This document shows positions 17,421 to 27,399 of a DNA stretch of 64,000 nt, piece by piece. The notes under the pieces are model-generated. The model did not search any database and had not been told where the DNA came from. It saw nothing but the letters and a program-made list of their open reading frames with translations. The position numbers were made by a program, and so were the translations under genes. This stretch comes from Holophagaceae bacterium. Its GTDB lineage: Bacteria > Acidobacteriota > Holophagae > Holophagales > Holophagaceae. The stretch is taken from the NCBI GenBank assembly GCA_025363715.1, contig JANYLR010000015.1, positions 10,210 to 74,209 of the forward strand, written 5' to 3'. How positions within the stretch are numbered: the stretch's first letter is position 1; every line of letters begins with the position of its first letter.

Positions 17421-18902
17421 TCAGTCCTGATCCATCAGCGATTGGCCCAACCTTTGTGCGATCTCATCCAATTGAAACGGCTCATGGCCCGAGAACCCCA
17501 CCCGCAGTCCGCGGCGACCGTCGATGCCCGGCCACGACACTCGCGTCGAAGGAAGAAAAGCCACGCCAGCTTCCAGCGCCCGAGTGAGCCAGGCCTCGAT
17601 ATCCACGGAGGCATCCGGCTCCAGCCACAAGGCCAAGCCACCATCCGGAACATCTACGCGCACCCGGTCACTGAGGTTCAAGCGCAACCCATTGACCAGA
17701 TGATCGCGTCGTTGGCGGTACACCGTGATCATGCGGTGCAGATGCCGCTGCAGTTCGCCGTCGCGAATCAGGTCTGTCACCGCTGATTCAAGGATGGGAT
17801 CCCCGCCTGGATCCAGGGCCGCCCGGAGGTCTTTGACTTGCGCCAGGAACGCCGGATGCCCGTACAAATAGGCGAGGTGGAACCCTGAGGCGAGCAGCTT
17901 GGAGAGGGAGCCCACCAGGATGCAGACGCCATCAGTATCTTCACTGATGAGGGGGGTACGCATGGCCCCTTCGAACTGGAATTCCGCCTCGGCATCGCTT
18001 TCCAGGATGGCCACTTTGTGGGTGGCGGCCCAACGCAGCAGCCAGGTTCGGCGCGCAGGATGCAAGGGCACCGTGGTGGGGTATTGCCGCTGCGGGCTCA
18101 CATAGATCAGGCGGATGGGGTGCTGGGCCGAGAGGGCTTCGAGCCCCGCAACCTGGAGGCCATCCCGGTCCACGGGCAAGGCCACCACCTTGGCCCCAGC
18201 CTGCTCGAACGCGCGCCAGGCATCAGGGTTGCCGGGGGATTCCACTGCCACGGCGTCGCCTGGCTGGATCAGAGCCTTGGCAACCAGATACATGGCGACA
18301 GTTGGATTTCTCAGCAACAACAGCCGTTCGGGGTTGGGGCTCAACGAACGCAAGGAACCCAGCATGTTCCCAAGTTCTTCCCGGAGTTGCCGTGAGCCTG
18401 CGGGATCAGGCGCCGACAGCCGATCCTTGGCGGCGCGACGCAAGGCGGTGCGATACGCACGGCTGAAAGCATCCACAGGTGTGAGCCGGGGATCCGGTGT
18501 GCCACTCGCGGCGGGAATCACTCCAGGGCGCGCCAGGCCTTCGGCCCCCATGGGAACCGGGCTTTGGAGCTTCGACGCCCCCATCTGAAAAGCGGGTGTG
18601 GGTCCTGAGCGGTGCGGGGACTTGAACTCAGCCTCCAAGCCCGGCGGGGCTTCCACCACCTGGGTCAGACCTGCCGGACGCGCGACCAGGAAACCTTCTG
18701 AAACCAGCTCCTGGTAGGCCGCCACAACGGTGTTGCGGCTGATGTTCAGGCGTTCCGCCAACACCCGTGAACTGGGTAGCGCATCCCCAGGTTTCAACTT
18801 GCCCGATTGGATATCCGACCGCACCCTCCCAGCCAGCCGGAGGTACAACGGCGGCCCCTCACCGGATGACTGGAAAGCTGGCTGGTACTCCCATCGGGTC
18901 AT
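17421..18902 (-). CDS. MocR/GabR-family (GntR + PLP aminotransferase domain) transcriptional regulator
   Basis: LKPGDALPSSRVLAERLNISRNTV..AY.EL.SEG wHTH; P..QYPT; GSLSK. Confidence 0.92.
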   Translation of the reverse strand: MTRWEYQPAFQSSGEGPPLYLRLAGRVRSDIQSGKLKPGDALPSSRVLAERLNISRNTVVAAYQELVSEGFLVARPAGLTQVVEAPPGLEAEFKSPHRSGPTPAFQMGASKLQSPVPMGAEGLARPGVIPAASGTPDPRLTPVDAFSRAYRTALRRAAKDRLSAPDPAGSRQLREELGNMLGSLRSLSPNPERLLLLRNPTVAMYLVAKALIQPGDAVAVESPGNPDAWRAFEQAGAKVVALPVDRDGLQVAGLEALSAQHPIRLIYVSPQRQYPTTVPLHPARRTWLLRWAATHKVAILESDAEAEFQFEGAMRTPLISEDTDGVCILVGSLSKLLASGFHLAYLYGHPAFLAQVKDLRAALDPGGDPILESAVTDLIRDGELQRHLHRMITVYRQRRDHLVNGLRLNLSDRVRVDVPDGGLALWLEPDASVDIEAWLTRALEAGVAFLPSTRVSWPGIDGRRGLRVGFSGHEPFQLDEIAQRLGQSLMDQD

Positions 18903-19068
18903 GCTCACCTTCAATGACTGGTTTCCAGAAGGAACATTGAACACCCATTCAGCCACCTGGGCCGTTCGACGCTGTTTCTAGGTTGGAAAGCCAGGGCCCA
19001 TCGTCCCCTCCTCGGCACGCGCCGTCAACGCCTGGCGGCCTTGGCCTTCGCGCCCAGACACAGGGGAG

Positions 19069-19503
19069 CTAGGAGCCTGTCCCGCGGCAAGGATCCCCGA
19101 GAAAGGTCTTCAGGCGCTCAAGGGCTTCATCCAAGGTGCCGTACTCACGAAATTCGAATCCTGTGTGCTGGATGCCCGTGAGCATCTTGCTGACGCGGAC
19201 GCCCTCCCGGGCCAGGCAGAGCACCGGCTTGCCCCGCTCCAGGGCGTAGGCGATCTCGAAGCCCACGCCATGGGACGGGGTACTCACCTCGGCGATGACG
19301 GCATCGCACTCCCGCAGCCAGGCGGTGTCGCGGTCGAAAACGGCCTCTGGGGCATGGTCGAGATCGGCGGTGGTCGCCGAGGTTGAGGCGAGATGGGCGG
19401 TCAGTACGCAGTGCCCGAGCACCTGGAGGTGCGCCACCATCGCCGCATACGTGGGCTGGTCCTGGCGCCCGCCGGTCAGGGAGCAGGAGAAATAGACGTC
19501 CAC
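19069..19503 (-). CDS. Nucleoside 2-deoxyribosyltransferase / DNPH1-like N-glycosidase
   Basis: VYFSCSLTGGR, DRD..WL.ECD.VIAEVSTPSHGVGFEI.YA; GTG start just after the S46 stop codon. Confidence 0.85.
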   Translation of the reverse strand: MDVYFSCSLTGGRQDQPTYAAMVAHLQVLGHCVLTAHLASTSATTADLDHAPEAVFDRDTAWLRECDAVIAEVSTPSHGVGFEIAYALERGKPVLCLAREGVRVSKMLTGIQHTGFEFREYGTLDEALERLKTFLGDPCRGTGS

Positions 19504-19507
19504 GGGA

Positions 19508-21577
19508 CTACTTGGCGACCAGTTCGTTGACGAGGTGCTTCGCGCCCATGATCTTCCGGAGGGCCTCAAGGATGGCGCGGGCATCGGTGGCCACGGCGCG
19601 CTTGGTATCAGCATCGTAGACGTAGTAGCCACCCTGCCCTTCAAACACGCTGTCGAAGTTGATGCCGACGAACTCCCCCTTGGCATTGACCACGGGGCTG
19701 CCACTGTTGCCGCCCACCGTGTCGCAGGCGTAGATGAAGTTGAAGGGGGTGGTGAGATCGAGCTTGGACTGCCGCTTGAGCCAACGCTCAGGCAGTGTCC
19801 AGGCACCGCCCTCTGCCGCTGCCGCATTGCCACCCCAACCGAGGTGCCGGTCGTACATGCCCCCGTACGTCGTAAAAGGCTGGGCGAGGGTGCCACTGCC
19901 ATTGGCGTAGGTGGCGACGGGGCCGTAGCCCAGGCGCAAGGTGAAGGTGGCGTCCGGATAGAGCGACTTGCCGAACGCCTTGAAGCGGGCCTCGGCAATG
20001 CGCCCGCCGTGTTCGTTGAACACGCTGGTGACGTCGTCCTCCACCTGCTTGCGGATGGCCCGGTTGAAGGGATCGAGTTTCTTCGCGAGCAGAATCATGG
20101 GATCCGTGCTGGCTTCCAGTGCCGCCTTCCCGCCCTCGGCGAGTTGTTTTCGCAGGGCGGGATCATCTAGTTTGGTGCCCTCCACAGCAGCCTTGGCCAC
20201 GACCTCCGGCGCCTGTCCACCCAGCATGGCCTTGATGAAAGGATGCTCCGCACCCAGCTTATCCTTGGCCTCCTGCAGGCCGACCGTGAGCAGCGTGGCA
20301 TCGATGGGTTTCTGCACCGGACGAGGGGAGGCTAGGCGAGCCTTGGTGGCCTTCAGGTTGCCTTCGCTGAACTCGCTCAGCCGCTGGGCCGAGGGCTTGG
20401 CTTCCTCTTCCACCAGGCGCACCAGCGTGAGGGCGTGCCCCAGAAGGGCCACCCGACCCGCACCCATGAGGGTGGATTCCTTCAACAAGGCTTGTTGTCG
20501 CTCCACGGCCTTGGCCACGCGGTCCCAGCTATCCCCAACCCGGGCCTGCAAGCCAGGATCCTTGGCCACGGAGGCCTTCAGGGCCGCTTCGGCCTCCTCC
20601 ACCTTGCGCAGGTTCTCCGCCTTGGCCAGACCCAGCAGCTGGCCACTGAGCCGCTTGAAGCCGTTCTCGATGCCATAGATGGCATCGGCGGCCAGGCGAT
20701 GGGCTTCGGACGAGGTGGCTGCCAATGCCTGCAGTGCCCCCTTCTGGCGGATCATGGCGCGCAGCTGGACGGGGATGCCGATGTCGCGCGCATACACCAT
20801 CTGGGCGTGGGTCTGCTGACGAAAGGTCGTACCGGGGTGTCCGGAAATGAAAGTCAGCTCGCCCATGGAGGTGCCCTTCGCACTAAAGGGCAGGATCGCT
20901 TCGGGGTGGTAGGGCTGGTCGTTTTCGTAGACCCTGAACAAGGCGAAGTCGAGGTTGTGGCGGGGGTAGGTGTAATTGTCCGGATCGCCACCAAAGGCCG
21001 CCACCTGCAGTTCCGGGGCGGCAACCAGCCGCACATCATTGAACTTCTTGTAGCGGTAGATCCAGTACTCACCGCCCTGGTAGAGGGTGACGGGCTCACA
21101 GGTGAGGCCGGTCTTCGCCTCTTCGATCCTGCGCAGGTCGGCCAAGGCGTTGCGACGGGTGGTGAGGGCGTCCTTGTCCGCCATGCCCGGTGTCACGGCC
21201 GAATTCACCTGGATCGTGACGTCCTTCATGGAGACCAGCATCATCAGCTCCAACCCTGGAACTTTGATCTCCTGACCACGACTGGCAGCGGTGAAGCCAT
21301 CCTTCACCAGATCGACCTTGATGGTGGAGACCTGACTGATGGCGCCCCGACCCACATGGTGGTTCGACACCACCAGTCCTTCGCGACTGACGAAGGCACC
21401 CGTTCCACCGGGAAAGCGGACCGTGGCCAGCTGAAGGTTTTTCAGCCAGGCGGCGTCCAGGTCCACGCCGTACTTGGCCTTGATCTGCTGGGTGGGAACA
21501 TTGTCGAAGGTCCACATGCCCTCGTCCGCGCGCAGCGCGGGCAGGGCGAGGAGGAAGACGAGGGCGGAGAGGCGCAT
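19508..21577 (-). CDS. S46 family dipeptidyl peptidase (paralog 1)
   Basis: DEGMW, SNHH, YPDATFTLRL.YG, DTVGGNSGSP, GINFDS. Confidence 0.92.
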   Translation of the reverse strand: MRLSALVFLLALPALRADEGMWTFDNVPTQQIKAKYGVDLDAAWLKNLQLATVRFPGGTGAFVSREGLVVSNHHVGRGAISQVSTIKVDLVKDGFTAASRGQEIKVPGLELMMLVSMKDVTIQVNSAVTPGMADKDALTTRRNALADLRRIEEAKTGLTCEPVTLYQGGEYWIYRYKKFNDVRLVAAPELQVAAFGGDPDNYTYPRHNLDFALFRVYENDQPYHPEAILPFSAKGTSMGELTFISGHPGTTFRQQTHAQMVYARDIGIPVQLRAMIRQKGALQALAATSSEAHRLAADAIYGIENGFKRLSGQLLGLAKAENLRKVEEAEAALKASVAKDPGLQARVGDSWDRVAKAVERQQALLKESTLMGAGRVALLGHALTLVRLVEEEAKPSAQRLSEFSEGNLKATKARLASPRPVQKPIDATLLTVGLQEAKDKLGAEHPFIKAMLGGQAPEVVAKAAVEGTKLDDPALRKQLAEGGKAALEASTDPMILLAKKLDPFNRAIRKQVEDDVTSVFNEHGGRIAEARFKAFGKSLYPDATFTLRLGYGPVATYANGSGTLAQPFTTYGGMYDRHLGWGGNAAAAEGGAWTLPERWLKRQSKLDLTTPFNFIYACDTVGGNSGSPVVNAKGEFVGINFDSVFEGQGGYYVYDADTKRAVATDARAILEALRKIMGAKHLVNELVAK

Positions 21578-21600
21578 CTGAACTCCTGTGAAAAGAAGAA

Positions 21601-21666
21601 ACCACGAAGACCACAAAGACCACGAAGAAAAACAAGTCCCCTTCGTGGTCTTCCTGTCTTCGTGGT
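21601..21666. repeat. 9-bp-periodic inverted repeat element
   Basis: (CCACRAAGA)x3, short loop, then CTTCGTGGT-CTTCCTGT-CTTCGTGGT. Confidence 0.8.
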
Positions 21667-21674
21667 GAAAATTT

Positions 21675-23753
21675 CTACTTTCCGGTCAACTCGGCCACGA
21701 GACCTGCAGCGCCGTAGACCTTGTCCAGGGCGTGGATGAGGGCGCGGGCGTCCACGGAGACGCCGCGGTTCACGGCTTCATCATAGAAGTAGTTGCCCGG
21801 CAGGCTTTCGATGTTGCCATCAAAGATCAGGCCCACCAGCTCGCCCTTCTTATCGATGACGGGCGAGCCAGAGTTACCGCCGATGATGTCCACCTTGTGG
21901 GCGAAGTTGAAGGGCAGCGAGGGATTCAGCTCACCGCGCTTGTCGACCCAGCGCTGGGGCAGGGTCCAGGCCCCCTCGTGAACCTTGGCGGCATTGCCGC
22001 CCCAACTGTCGTAGCGGTCGAAGAGCCCGCCGAAGGTGGTGAAGGGCTGGATCAGCGTGCCGTTGGCCGGGTACTCGGCCACGGCGCCATACGAAAGCCG
22101 CAGGGTGAAGGTGGCATCCGGATAGGTGTTCTTGCCATAGACTGCGAAGCGGGCCTTGGCGATGCGGGTGCCGTGCTCGGCCACCACGCTGGCCACCTGG
22201 TCCTCCTGCTTCTTGCGGAGCTCGCGGCCGACAGGATCCAGCTTCCTGGCCAGGAGGATCATGGGATCCGCACTTTCCGCGATGGCCTTCTTGCCGCCCT
22301 CCAGCAGAGCCTTGCGGGCGGCAGGATCACTGAGCTTAGAGCCGGTCACGGCCGCCTTGGCCACTTCGGCCGCGGTCTTGCCGCCCAGCATGGCCTTCAC
22401 GAAGGGGTGGTCGGCGCCCAGCTCCCGGGCGGCATCCTCAAGCCCCTTGGTGAACATGAAGATCTCCTGCTCCTGGTAATAGGGGCTGGGAACCCCCAGG
22501 CGGGTCTTCTGAGTCTTCAGGTTCGCGTCACTGAATTCCGGCAGGCGCTTCTCGCTGGGCAGGGCCTCTTCGTCCGCGATGCGCACCAGGGTCAAACCAT
22601 AACCCAACAGGGTGGAGCCCGCTGTGCTGACGTTCAGGTTCTCCTTGGCCAAGCCTTTGGCCACCTGGGTGGCGCTCTCGATCCTGGACCAGCTTTCGCC
22701 GACGGGGGCGAGCTTGGGATCCTTGGCCACTTTGGCACGCAGATCCTGCTCCGCCGCTTCGATACGGGCCATGGCCTCCCTGTCCTTCAGTCCGGAAAGC
22801 TGCCCCGTGAGTGCCTTGATGCCGTTCTCGATGCCGAAGATCTGGGTGTTGACCTGGCGGCCGGCTTCGGGGGAAGTCTTGGCGTATTCGACCATGGCCG
22901 ACTTGCGGCGCTCCAGGCCCTTGAGCCGCATGGGAATGGCGAAGTCCCGCGAGAAGGCCATCTGGGCCACGGTGTCCTGGCGGTTGGTGCGGCCGGGATG
23001 GCCCGTGACGAAGGTCAGGTCGCCAGCTTTCAGGTTCGACTGGCTCCAGTGGAGGAAGTTTTTGGGCTGGTAGGGCTTTCCATTCTCGTAGACCCGGAAG
23101 ATGCAGAAATCCAGGTTGTGGCGGGGGAAGGTGAAGTTGTCGGGATCGCCGCCGAAGAAAGCGATTTGCTGCTCGGGGGCGAAGACCAGGCGCACATCCG
23201 AGTGCTTCTTGTAGCTGTAGATCCAGTGCTCGCCTCCCTGGTAGAGGGTCACGTGTTCGCAGGTGAGGCCGCTCTTCTCCTGCATCTCCTTCTTTATCTT
23301 TTCGATCTCGGTCTCGCGGGCCTTCAGGGTCTCCTTTTCCGGCAGGCCCGCCTTCTCGGCCTTAGCCAGGCGCTCGGTAATGCTGTCCATGGCCATGAGG
23401 GTCATCAGCTCCAGGCCGGGGACCTTGATCTCCTGCTCGCGGCTGGCGGCGGCGAAGCCATTCTTCACGTAGTCGGCCTCCTTGCTGCTCACGCGCTGGA
23501 TCCAGCCGCGGCCTACGTGATGATTGGTGAGCACCAAGCCTTCCTTGCTGACGAAGGAGCCAGAGCCGCCGGGGAAGCGCAGGGATGACAGGCGCACATG
23601 GTCCAGCCAGACCTGATCCGGAGCCCAGCCGTACTTCTCGGAGATCTTTTTCGTCGGCAGGTTGTCGAAGGTCCACATGCCCTCCTCCGCCCGCAGGGAA
23701 GAGGCGGCCAGGCTGAAGGCCAGCAGGGTCAGGGTCAGTGAACGAGTTTTCAT
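21675..23753 (-). CDS. S46 family dipeptidyl peptidase (paralog 2, DPP7-like)
   Basis: EEGMW, TNHH, YPDATFTLRLSYG, DIIGGNSGSP, GLIFDGN. Confidence 0.92.
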   Translation of the reverse strand: MKTRSLTLTLLAFSLAASSLRAEEGMWTFDNLPTKKISEKYGWAPDQVWLDHVRLSSLRFPGGSGSFVSKEGLVLTNHHVGRGWIQRVSSKEADYVKNGFAAASREQEIKVPGLELMTLMAMDSITERLAKAEKAGLPEKETLKARETEIEKIKKEMQEKSGLTCEHVTLYQGGEHWIYSYKKHSDVRLVFAPEQQIAFFGGDPDNFTFPRHNLDFCIFRVYENGKPYQPKNFLHWSQSNLKAGDLTFVTGHPGRTNRQDTVAQMAFSRDFAIPMRLKGLERRKSAMVEYAKTSPEAGRQVNTQIFGIENGIKALTGQLSGLKDREAMARIEAAEQDLRAKVAKDPKLAPVGESWSRIESATQVAKGLAKENLNVSTAGSTLLGYGLTLVRIADEEALPSEKRLPEFSDANLKTQKTRLGVPSPYYQEQEIFMFTKGLEDAARELGADHPFVKAMLGGKTAAEVAKAAVTGSKLSDPAARKALLEGGKKAIAESADPMILLARKLDPVGRELRKKQEDQVASVVAEHGTRIAKARFAVYGKNTYPDATFTLRLSYGAVAEYPANGTLIQPFTTFGGLFDRYDSWGGNAAKVHEGAWTLPQRWVDKRGELNPSLPFNFAHKVDIIGGNSGSPVIDKKGELVGLIFDGNIESLPGNYFYDEAVNRGVSVDARALIHALDKVYGAAGLVAELTGK

Positions 23754-23952
23754 CAATTCTCCTGTCGGTTCGGAAGGACTAGACATCGTATCACTAAGTA
23801 TCTTCATCGGGGCTCACCTCCTGCTGACCCACCGGCCTAGAATCAAGGTCACCAGAATTCCTTCGATAACCAGGAGGTGGCTCCACCTGGTCCGCATGTC
23901 GAGCCAGGTGACGGTGATCACTTCTGAACCTGGACATCTTGAATGGAGCACG

Positions 23953-23971
23953 GATGAGACTCAATATCATC
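23953..23971. promoter_or_regulatory. Candidate Fur-family box
   Basis: GATGAGACTCAATATCATC is an imperfect 9-1-9 palindrome resembling AATGATAATnATTATCATT, just before the ATG. Confidence 0.4.
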
Positions 23972-23974
23972 TTC

Positions 23975-24808
23975 ATGATGACACCCACCCCCCCTCTCCT
24001 TCGACGACTCCTTCCCGCCTTCCTCCTGGTGGCCTCCCTGGCCGCCCAGGACAAGAAGGAAGGCCCCATCCAGGACAACTCCTTCCTCGTGGAAGAGGCC
24101 TACAACCAGGAGAAGGGTGTGGTGCAGCACATCAGCACCTTCACTCGCTTCCAGGAATCCAAGGACTGGATCTATACCTTCACCCAGGAATGGCCTGTCT
24201 TTAGCCAGAAGCACCAGTTCAGTTTCACCCTGCCCTGGCAGCGGCTGGCCTCCCTGGATGGCAAGCAGGCCTTCGGCGACGTGGCCCTGAACTACCGCTA
24301 CCAACTGCTCGGTGACGGGGATGCCAAGGTCGCCATCTCGCCCCGGCTGTCGGTGCTGTTGCCGACCGGCGACGAAAAGGCCGGCTACGGCCGCGGCGCC
24401 ACCGGTGTTCAGGTCATGTTCCCCATGAGCCTGGTGCTGTCCGAGGCCCTCGTGGCCCACACGAACCTCGGCGCCACCCGCACCCCGAACGCCAAGAACA
24501 CGGCTGGCGAGCAGGCCACCACCCAGGATCTGGCCCTGGGCCAGAGCTTCATCTGGCTGGCCAACTCCCGGTTCAACGTGATGCTGGAGTACGTGCACAC
24601 CCGCAGCCAGGCGGTGACCGGGCCGAACCAAACCGAAGTGCAAACTGCCACCTACCTGAGCCCCGGCATCCGCTGGGCCTACAACTTCCCCAGCGGCCTC
24701 CAGATCGTCCCGGGCATCGCGGTGCCCATCGGCGTGGGCGCCAGCCGGGGCGAAAAGGCCATCTTCCTCTACCTCAGCTTTGAGCACCCGTTCTCGAACA
24801 CCAAGTGA
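23975..24808 (+). CDS. Outer-membrane beta-barrel 'transporter' (MetA/SphA-like)
   Basis: Signal peptide; IQDNSFLVEEAYNQE; GDV.LNYRYQL; LLPTGD; amphipathic strands. Confidence 0.7.
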   Translation: MMTPTPPLLRRLLPAFLLVASLAAQDKKEGPIQDNSFLVEEAYNQEKGVVQHISTFTRFQESKDWIYTFTQEWPVFSQKHQFSFTLPWQRLASLDGKQAFGDVALNYRYQLLGDGDAKVAISPRLSVLLPTGDEKAGYGRGATGVQVMFPMSLVLSEALVAHTNLGATRTPNAKNTAGEQATTQDLALGQSFIWLANSRFNVMLEYVHTRSQAVTGPNQTEVQTATYLSPGIRWAYNFPSGLQIVPGIAVPIGVGASRGEKAIFLYLSFEHPFSNTK

Positions 24809-24826
24809 TCCGGACGCCGTTTCGTG

Positions 24827-24860
24827 AGAAGGGCCGCCTGCTGGCGGCCCTTCTGCTTTT
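24827..24860. terminator. Intrinsic terminator between convergent genes
   Basis: AGAAGGGCCGCC-tgct-GGCGGCCCTTCT followed by gctttt. Confidence 0.65.
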
Positions 24861-24871
24861 CCAGGCTGGGT

Positions 24872-25366
24872 TCAGCCAATGACCCGCTTGCCCATCTTCG
24901 AATCCAGGTACCAGATGCCGCCGCCCTGATCGCCCACGGCCCGCAGGTGATCCACGATCTCGCCGACCTTGGATTCTTCCTCGACCTGCTCCGTCACGTA
25001 CCACTGGAGGGCGATCTCGCTGGCATGGTCCTTTTCGTTGCGGGCCTGCTCGAATAGCGCATTGATCCGGCCAGTGATGGACTTCTCATGGGCCAGAGTC
25101 TCCTCGAAGACCTGGATGACGCCACCGAAGTCCGTGGGGGGAGCCGCGACCGCCTTCAACTCCAGCCGTCCTCCCCGATCCAGCAGGAAGCCGATGAGCT
25201 TGGCGGCATGGGCCGTCTCCTCGGAGGCCTGCACCATCAGCCAATGGGCGAAGCCCTTGAAGCTCTTCCCTGTGCAGTGGGCGCTCATGGCCAGGTAGAG
25301 CTGAGCCGAGAACTGTTCCAGGTTGATCTGGGCATTCAGCGCGTCCTGCATGGTCTTACTGATCAT
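24872..25366 (-). CDS. ftnA: Non-heme ferritin
   Basis: LNAQINLE..S..LYLAMS, EE..HA, HE..IT..IN, LQWYV.EQVEEE. Confidence 0.9.
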   Translation of the reverse strand: MISKTMQDALNAQINLEQFSAQLYLAMSAHCTGKSFKGFAHWLMVQASEETAHAAKLIGFLLDRGGRLELKAVAAPPTDFGGVIQVFEETLAHEKSITGRINALFEQARNEKDHASEIALQWYVTEQVEEESKVGEIVDHLRAVGDQGGGIWYLDSKMGKRVIG

Positions 25367-25465
25367 GGGAACTCCTGGGTTGGAGAGGCAGTGTAGCCGG
25401 ACAGAAACTCTCCGTCAGATGTTTCCTCGCCCGCACAGCCAAGGCCGGAATCCGGTAAACGCGGT

Positions 25466-26350
25466 CTACTTGTTTTCAGCCCCGTAGGCCCTGTCCCCGG
25501 CCCCTTTCAGCTGGCGCTCCTGGGCGCCCCCGCGCTTGTGGTAGACCAGCAGGTGCACCAGGTACATGAGGACGAGCACGCCGCCGAAGGTGCAGACGAT
25601 GGTGGCGCCGGTGGGCGTGTCCAGCTTGACCGACAGGACCACCCCCAGGGCCGACACCAGGGTGCCCATGGTCCAGCCGATGGCCAGGCGGGGTCCGATA
25701 CGGTCCGTGAAGAGCATGGCCCCCACCGAGGGCACGATCAGGTAGCAGAACACCAGCAGCACGCCGGCGATGGCCACGCTGGAGGTAACCACCAGGCCGA
25801 AGGAAGCGTAGAAGAGGAAATCCCAGAGCTGGACCGAGATGCCCTGGGCCTCGGCTTCCTTGGGATTCATCGAGATCAGCAGGAACCGCTTCCGGAAGAT
25901 GAAATGGAACACCCCGATGGCGCCGTAAAGGGCGGCGGTCCGGCCCACTTCGGGCCAGGAGACCGCCAGGATGTTCCCCACCAGCATGTCCTTCAGGTGC
26001 TCGGTCTCCCCAGTGGCCTTGCTCATGGCCAGGATGGCCGCGGCCGAAGCCACGGCGTAGGCGATGCCGATGAAGGCCTCCTGGGGAATGTGGGCCCGCT
26101 TGGACTTGGCCACGGAAAAGATGAACGCCCCCATGAACGTGAACCCGAGGCTGATCCAATAGGCCGAACCGCCATGGGGATCCAGGCCCATGATGAGGGC
26201 CACGACGGCGCCCAGCGCGGCGATCTGCGCCAGGGCGAGATCCACGAAGATCACGCCGCGCTCCACCACGTGAACCCCGAGGTAGGCGTGGATCCCCGTG
26301 AGGATCAGGCTCGCTGCGAGGGGGGCCAGCAGGAACAGGAAAATATCCAT
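25466..26350 (-). CDS. Metal (Zn/Mn/Fe) ABC transporter permease
   Basis: ZnuB/MntB-like: YLG.HVV.RGVIFVDLALAQIAALG, G.LLVF..LIVP, D.PTGATIV. Confidence 0.88.
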   Translation of the reverse strand: MDIFLFLLAPLAASLILTGIHAYLGVHVVERGVIFVDLALAQIAALGAVVALIMGLDPHGGSAYWISLGFTFMGAFIFSVAKSKRAHIPQEAFIGIAYAVASAAAILAMSKATGETEHLKDMLVGNILAVSWPEVGRTAALYGAIGVFHFIFRKRFLLISMNPKEAEAQGISVQLWDFLFYASFGLVVTSSVAIAGVLLVFCYLIVPSVGAMLFTDRIGPRLAIGWTMGTLVSALGVVLSVKLDTPTGATIVCTFGGVLVLMYLVHLLVYHKRGGAQERQLKGAGDRAYGAENK

Positions 26351-26378
26351 GGATCGTCCTTCCCTTCCTTGAGTACCT

Positions 26379-27335
26379 TCACCGCGTCTGCTGGAAGGCC
26401 TTCACGAGCAGGCTGACATTTTGGTCGAACAGCCTGATGTAGTCGCCGGATTCGGGATTCCCGCCCACGGAGGGCATGAGCACGACCACCTGGCCGCCGG
26501 TCTCGCGGGCTACGCTCTGGGGCGTCTTCAGGTCGAAGTAGGGCTCCACCAGGATCAGCTTCACGCCCTGCCGCTTCATCAGACCGATCAATTCGACCAC
26601 GTGCGCCGGGCTGGGCGGAATGCCCGGACGCGGCTCCACGTAGTCCACCACCTGGAGGCCAAACCGCTTCACGAAGTTGGGCCAGGACTGGTGGTAGGTG
26701 ACCACCTTCCGGCCCCGGTACGGCTTCATCTGCTCGTCCCAGCGCCGTTCGGCCTCCGTCAGCCGTTTCCGGAAATCCTGGAGTCGCTGCTGGAAGTAGG
26801 CCGCGTCCATGGGGCTCATCTCCGCCAGTTTCTGCGCGAGGCCCACGGCCACCCGCAGCCCGTTCTGGGGGTCCAGCCAGTAGTGCGGGTTCCCCTGCGG
26901 GTGGACGTCCCCCATGGCCCGGGACACCTGGGTGGTGGGGATTTCCAGGATCTGGGCGAAGCGGGAGGCGTCGAAGTAGCCCGGCGCCGCAGGCTGGATC
27001 TTCGGATTCCCGCACTGTGTGATCAGGGGCGGCAGCCAACCGATCTCCAGCTCCAAGCCCACCAGCACCAGGAGGTCGGCCTTGCGGAGGTTCAGCAGGA
27101 AGCTCGGTTTCGCCTCCACGAAGTGGGGATCCTGGTAGCCCCGGGCGATGGCGATGACATTCACCCGGTCACCGCCCACTTCCGAGGCAAGCGCCGCGAG
27201 ATCCTGGGTCGAGGTGACGACGTTCAGCTTGCCGGCGGCCAGCATCGGCTGCGCCGTGAACAACGCCACCAGCAGGGCCGCCAACAGGGAAAACGTCGCG
27301 TACCCGGGGCGTCTGGCATTCCATCGGATCTTCAT
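26379..27335 (-). CDS. Metal ABC transporter substrate-binding protein (TroA/ZnuA cluster)
   Basis: DPH.VE.KP, GNPHYWLDP, VTYH.SW..F; GAGGA RBS before MKIRW. Confidence 0.9.
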   Translation of the reverse strand: MKIRWNARRPGYATFSLLAALLVALFTAQPMLAAGKLNVVTSTQDLAALASEVGGDRVNVIAIARGYQDPHFVEAKPSFLLNLRKADLLVLVGLELEIGWLPPLITQCGNPKIQPAAPGYFDASRFAQILEIPTTQVSRAMGDVHPQGNPHYWLDPQNGLRVAVGLAQKLAEMSPMDAAYFQQRLQDFRKRLTEAERRWDEQMKPYRGRKVVTYHQSWPNFVKRFGLQVVDYVEPRPGIPPSPAHVVELIGLMKRQGVKLILVEPYFDLKTPQSVARETGGQVVVLMPSVGGNPESGDYIRLFDQNVSLLVKAFQQTR

Positions 27336-27399
27336 CAGGTTCCTCATGGGAGGTTCAAAGTTGGAGAAGTCGCGGATCGGCATCTCATTGTCGCAGGGC

